Shown here piece by piece: positions 58,001-64,000 of a stretch of DNA of 64,000 nucleotides. How positions within the stretch are numbered: the first letter of the stretch is position 1; every line of letters starts with the position of its first letter. A model generated the notes under the pieces. The model did not search any database and was not told where the DNA came from. It saw only the letters and a list, made by a program, of their open reading frames with translations. The DNA comes from Minutocellus sp. GHC0000111. Its lineage: Eukaryota. Made by a program: the position numbers and the translations under genes. The stretch spans positions 3,596,001-3,660,000 of the forward strand of contig OZ361258.1 in NCBI GenBank assembly GCA_977018835.1, in the 5' to 3' direction.

Positions 58001-61000
58001 CCGACGGTAATGCTTAGCGAAGAAATCTCTTCGTTGTCAGCTCCATTGATCCTCTTGACTCGCAGCGCTTCGACCAGACAGCTGGTTGCCTCCTCGAGCT
58101 CGCCCTGGCTCTTGTGAATCTCACCCAGACCCATCAGTACGTTCGCCGTTTCAATAGAATCTTTGCCAAGATGACGAACCCTGACCTGAAGCACATCTGA
58201 GTAGTGTTCGAGAGCCTCGTCGAGGTCTCCCAACTCATGCAACGCTCCCGCTAAGCAGTACCGCGTGTCAGCGGTATCATCGGAGTCAGGACCAAACGAT
58301 GCAATCTTTACATCCAGGGCTCCCTCCAGGAATTGAACAGCGTCCTTCGGCTTGTTGCGCTTGGAGTAGATCACACCGGCGTTGTGAAGGGCAAAGCCAA
58401 ACGTAATGTGGTCGTCGGCGTTGCGACTGAAGATCTCGATGACCTCTTGATACACCTTCAAGGCGTTGCTAAAATCATCGCCTTCCTCCAGCGCAACGCC
58501 GAGGTTGTACAGGCAGATGGCAACTTCGACACTATCGACCCCCAAGACAGACCGCAGAACTCGGAGGGCTATCAGTGAAGAAGATGATGGGTGGAAAAGG
58601 GAGGGAAAAGTCGGGTTAGTGTTGGCCACAAATAGAATAATGATAGAATAAATGACCAAAAAGAAACAACCAGCCTGCACCAACATACCTTCCATGAAGC
58701 AACGTCGAGCCTTCAAGTAGTCGTTGTTGTCCAGGAAAATCTGTCCAACATTGGCGAGACTTCTTGCCGTTTCAGGGTGGTCCACACCAAGGAGCAGCGT
58801 TTTGGATTCCAGCGACTCCGAAAAGAACTTCATCGCCTGCGCCATATCGCCGCGAGCATGAAAGACGGCTCCAATGTTGTTTTTGGTGTTGGCAACGCTG
58901 AGCTCATCTCCAAGAATCTTGCGCAGATGAAGGCTTTGTCTGTAAAGGATCATGGCCTTGTCTAGATCACCTTCAACCTTGGCTGTGTTTCCGAGAGCGT
59001 TCATCATATCACTGACCTCGACGCGCTCGAGGTCTTCTGTTCGTTTGAAGAGGTCGAGAGCAGTCTTGAAACACTGAGTGGCGTTATCGCCGTGACCGAG
59101 GGCCTGGAGGCATTTGCCCTTCTTGAATACAAGAGTTGCTACCGTACTTTCGTCCGCCTTGGACAAGCCATCCTCCTTTTGACGCATGATCCTCTCGGCG
59201 GAACTGAACCAGTGCAATGCATCGTCAAACTCTTCCTGGGACATGGATATATCGCCCAACGCCAGCATATTTTCTGCAAGCTGCGGGCTGTCTTTGCCGA
59301 CAATTGCCTCACTTATCAATTGACATTCCTCATGACAATCAAATGCGTTTTCCATATCCTCGAGGCAGGAATAGACAGTACCCAAGTTGAAGAGCAAATC
59401 GGCCACTGCCAGAGAATTGTCTCCTTGCATCTCTCGTTGATGAGACACGACGGCCAAGTACAATTCTCTTGCCGCCTCGTGCTCACCAAATGCAGCCCTT
59501 AGATTGGCAATGCGATGGAAAATTTCATAGAGTTCGTCCTCTTCCTCCTCCTCTGTCATCGTCCCAGGAGTCAAATGTTTCATCTGATCGTAACATTGCA
59601 ACAACTTCCTATTTAGACTTTTCTGCGTCTCTGTCACGGGATCTCTATCGTCAGTCGACACCAAGTCCCACGGCTGCAACGCCAATTCATCAAGCAAGGA
59701 AACGGCATTGCGATAGTGCGTCAGGGCTCCCTTCTTGTCGTCAATATTGCTCAAGCCTTGAGCAAGCTCAAAGTGGAGCAGACCGACATTTAGATTCATC
59801 ACCCGTTGATCACCTGATGGACTGGCATTCGTCGTGGCCTTCTTTTCAATGATGCTCTTCTGGGATTCCAACGCCTCCTCGAGCGCTGTCACGGCCTCGT
59901 CAAACTTCTCTTGGCGCAAAAGAGCCTGGCCCAACAGCCGGAGAGACAATACCAACGAAGGGCTGGGCTCTTTCGCGTTATTGCGGAATACTTTTGAACA
60001 CCATTGGTAAAGCTCAATCGATTTTTCTGGACGGCCCTTCTTTTCGTAGACTGCCGCAACTTCCATCTTGATGGCTGCCTCTTCGATTATGATTGCATGC
60101 ACGGCCTTGGAGGTTGACGGTGTCTCGTCATCATCGCCATCGTCGTCGCTTTCCTCATCACCACAGGCGAGTGCAAGGCCTTGTTGAAGATGCTGGAGAG
60201 AAGAGCTGTAAACTGCAAGTGCCTCGTCGAGCTCTTCATTCTTGACGTTGATGCGAGCCATGTTGCACAGAACATCTGCCAGCTTGAGCTGAAGATTAAT
60301 TCTCATCGAAATGGGCCCATCCGCGGAAAGCAGCATTTGCTCGAAAAGAACGAGCTCAGCAAATGAACGCTGGAACGCCTCTCGAGCAGCCGGCATGTCT
60401 CCCTGGAGGAAATGACACTCGCTTATGGATGACTCACTGCTAGCAACCTTCCAACAAAGATCGGAAGAATCGTCATCTTCTGACAAAGCATCCCTGGCGT
60501 GCTGCTGTATCCTCAGAGCCTCCTTAAAAGCGCCGAGTGCATGCGACAATTCATCGCCCTCTTTGCGGGACAAGTGCGCTTTTCCGAGAAGCCCAATCGT
60601 TTCTCCAAGGTCAATATGATTCGGAGAAAGCAAGTCTTTACGAGTATCGAAAGCAGCCTTGAGAGCGTCCAAGGCGTCATCGATGTGCTCTGGTCCTTTC
60701 TTCAGATGGACAATTCCAAGAAGATGCAGAGTTGAGGCAACCTCGGCGTCGAGATCCCCGCGTCTCTTCTTTCGAAAGTTGAGAGCCCGCTCCAAGTGAT
60801 CGGTGGCGATGTCGAGGAGAGACTTGGCCCCCAGGGTAAGCACTGGGGTGGCACTGGCATCATCAGACGACTCGGCACTGGTGCCGGGTAGTTCCTTATC
60901 AAAGACCAAAAGGTAGACCTCTGCCAAAGCCACGGAGGCATCGGCGATGGCATTATCTGTCATTGCAGAGCTATTACCTCCACGGGACAACTTGATTGCC

Positions 61001-64000
61001 TCGTCCAAATATTTGATGGCATTATCCTTTGCATCAGTATCGACCTTCCCGAACTTATCAGACGACAGGACAAGCATGGTTTTGTAGGTGGATCCCATCC
61101 GTCTCTTGATATTAGCGATTTGCAGGGGATGCTTGGGAGTCTCGTCTTCGTTAGTATCGGCAGCAGCCGCTTCTTCTGCCCTTTTGTAATGCTCGATGGC
61201 CTTTTCGTAGTCAAGCGCCTTGAGATGCATGTTGGCCATTTCCAGCATAGCATCAGAGCGATCTGGCGCAAGAGAAAGTAATCGCTCGCAACAGTACTTG
61301 AGTTTCTCATCCATTGCAACACCGCTGAAAGAAGTAGCGTCAAATTCTTCATCACGAAGAGAGTATACCGAATAGCCGTGGTTGGAGAGACCACTGTACA
61401 CCCTGAGGCCCATGTCGAAGCTATCAATGGCAGCCGCATTATCTTTTTCTCGAATTTTGATCCGCGCAAGACGCTCCGACACATCGCCAAGCTCCAGATT
61501 AAGTAAGACGGACGAAGTACCGCCCCATGGCGTCAAGGATGAAGGTTCAGCAAAGAGATGGAGCCATCTGGCCTCCATGGCCTCGAAGGATGGCATCTTG
61601 CCCTCCGCCGCTTTTACAGCATTGTAGTACTGCATTCCATTCTCGTAGCATTTTTGTGCATCCTTGGTCTTCTTGATCTCGTCACAAGACTTCCCCATGG
61701 CCCAGTACGAGGTTGCAAGGGCAATGTTGACCGCAATGGCAACCTTGGGATCGATAGATGGAGAAGGATAATCGTGAGTGGTATCCTCGGATTTCTTTTC
61801 TTCCTACGTCTTGTTTTTATCGGCCGATGACTTCTCCTCGTCGCCACCTTCCTCGCCGTCGCCGTCGCCCTTGTTGGTATGGCTATCAGATCCAGAACTT
61901 GACTCCTTGGTATCCTTTGGACGTATTTGATCGGCAGCTTTCTCCATTAGCTTCACACACTCTTGAAAGCTCCCTATCGCCTCGGCATGATCACTCTCCC
62001 CTGCAGCAACGAGACCTATGCGATAGTGGATGCTTGCCCATTCCATTTTCTCCCCGATTTTATGGTCGACAATATTATTTCCAGCGACGATGCCGTCTCC
62101 TTGGTTTCCCTCAGCCGTAAATGGATTTTGTTGGCCTCGGTTCTGTCGCTCGAGCACATCGAAAGCCGCCTTCAAACACTCTTGTGCATCGTCGAAGCGG
62201 CGCTTTCTGACATACGTGTTCCCAAGCAGAGTGAGAAGAGGAATGGGCGTGAAGTCATGGGGAAGATCACTTGAGTTGTCGGCAAGAAAAGCATCGTAGA
62301 CTCGTCTGGCTTCTTCATAGTCGGCGATGGCTTCATCGTACGCTTTTTGACGGAAAGATAGACGACCCAATGCGATAAGGTCATGGAAAAGGGGAGCGAG
62401 CACGCTTGGCGCTTCTACTGCAAGGCCCCCCTTTGCGAGCCCGACAAGAAAATCTTTGCTTAGAGGCGTGTCCGGTGACGATGGGAAGGACGACGCAGCA
62501 CCCTGGATGGCGGGATTACTGGCAGAATTAGCGGAACCATCGCCTCTGGCCATATTCAAGAGGGCTCGACGGCGATTCGTAACTGCCTCCTGGAAGCATT
62601 CTCTGGCATTCTTCTCGGCAAGGGCTCGGTCCGAAACAAGCAAGTCCGTTCCAGAACTGGTGAATGGAGACTCATATTCGATCTTGGCACCAGTCTGAGC
62701 AAGAAGGGTAACCTCGCTATGCCCATGCCACCTCGCCGCAAGCTCGGCTGACTTTTCAATCAACATATTCCCCATGGTCGAATGTAGATCGGTTCGCAAG
62801 GCAGTGGCCTCACAGGCGCACGATTCCTTATCGCAATGGCACTCGGCTAGTGCATCTTGGAAGCACCTCTCGGCATCATTCCAACGCTTCAACTCAGTCA
62901 AGACTTTGCCCAAACATCGGAGGGAGTTGGCTAAATCGTCGTCGACGCATTGCTCGGGAGACGCAACGCCGCTTTCAGCAGCCGCCGCAGCCAGCTTTGC
63001 CTTGTTCTTCTTCGTGATGCGAACGCATTCGTTGTAACATCTCAGGGCCTCCCTCCAATTCTGCATCTCCACATGGATGGTGCCGAGATTGTGCAGCGTG
63101 TTGCAAACTACAATGTGATGCTTGCCAACATGCTTGGTGTACAGCGACAGACTCTCCTTGTAAGCCATCAGAGCGCGATCAAAGTCTTTCTGCTTCACAT
63201 CGTGACAATAACCCAGGCAGGTGAGCGAATCAGCGAGATAGAGCTCGACTGAAACCATGGTATCGCGGAAGAAGAAGATCCGTCGATCTCGATCCTGCTC
63301 CCAGAGTTTTCGGGCCTTGGACTTCCCCGACGGAGAGCTATCGACGCGTGGCCCTCCGTCCTGGGTGAACCTACTCTTCCTAGCCGAAGATTCACCTGCC
63401 TTGAGCATTTCCGATGCCGAGCGGTATGCCTTTAGCGAATTGATGTAGTTGCTTACTTCGATGGATGCCACATCGGGGTGAGAAATTTCGTCTTGATCCA
63501 TGACGGCAGCTTCGATGTACTCCTGCTGACTCCGACCAAGCCTCACTCCAAGATGGTGGAGTGAACGGCCAACCTCGAGACAGAAAGACATGACCATAGC
63601 ATTGTATGGGCGGCGTTGATTCCTCTTTGCCTCGCTCGCCCTGTCCCTACGCCGCCGACTCGCTTCATCGGCACCCGTACCAACTATTGATGCAACTCGT
63701 TCACCATCGACCCGATCCAAGAGAGCATCCATACCTGCAACAAGAGCACCCGATATAATCTTGTGAAAATTCTCGTCGATGGTCTTTGCGTTGCTCTGTG
63801 AATCCGCCGATATCACTGCCGATTGCGACAGGACATTGTAGGACTCCCAGTCAGCAAGATGGAACATCGTAGCATAGTACGGACCGAGAACATTGACTCT
63901 GGCCTGGAAGAAGCGGGGATCCGAAAGGACCTGGTGCTGCTTCCTGCCTCTCCCTCGTCCCTGGTCAGATTTTGCTGCTGCTCCTGATGCCGTAGAAGCA
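52061..64000 (-). CDS. Giant TPR-repeat (kinesin-light-chain/NPHP3-like) protein, >3,800 codons, 5'-incomplete; 4 introns; 2 in-frame stops
   Basis: Dozens of TPRs (e.g. LGKDHPDVATCLFAIGVAY). Introns at 58569-58688, 56752-56874, 54072-54211 and 53161-53286. In-frame TAG at 61804 and TAA at 57400. The frame is open to the window edge. Confidence 0.85.

Noticed and set aside
2447..61806. Genome-wide TAA/TAG-to-Gln reassignment
   Set aside because: In-frame stops are too rare, all three stop codons terminate intact genes here, CAA/CAG are abundant, and frameshifts co-occur.

Overview
Gene-dense eukaryotic nuclear DNA, most likely a diatom. This rests on short GT-AG introns, bipartite signal+transit plastid presequences, RXL motifs and diatom-type protein motifs. 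About 22 protein genes are present. Recognisable ones include an ERF4/Golgin-A7-domain protein, NECAP, NDUFS6, a BT1 folate-biopterin transporter, MCCase beta, a CRAL-TRIO fusion, a class C-like GPCR, a HAD phosphatase, an RNI-like LRR protein, an eRF3 C-terminal remnant, a head-to-head pair of multidomain methyl/sulfo-transferases, a GNAT and a >3,800-codon TPR gene. There are also two DNA-transposon relics. Two window-level signals stand out. (1) Many otherwise intact reading frames carry lesions: 8 in-frame stops, 3-4 frameshifts, one apparently broken splice acceptor and orphan gene fragments. This looks like a decaying duplicate or haplotype, although readthrough or consensus error is not excluded. 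(2) A tandemly duplicated transposon relic is almost free of TpA. Its two copies differ mainly by TA/TG/CA exchanges that turn Tyr codons into Cys/His, suggesting a RIP-like, adenine-directed repeat hypermutation process. No rRNA, tRNA or CRISPR array was recognised. All calls are by eye; no database search was run.
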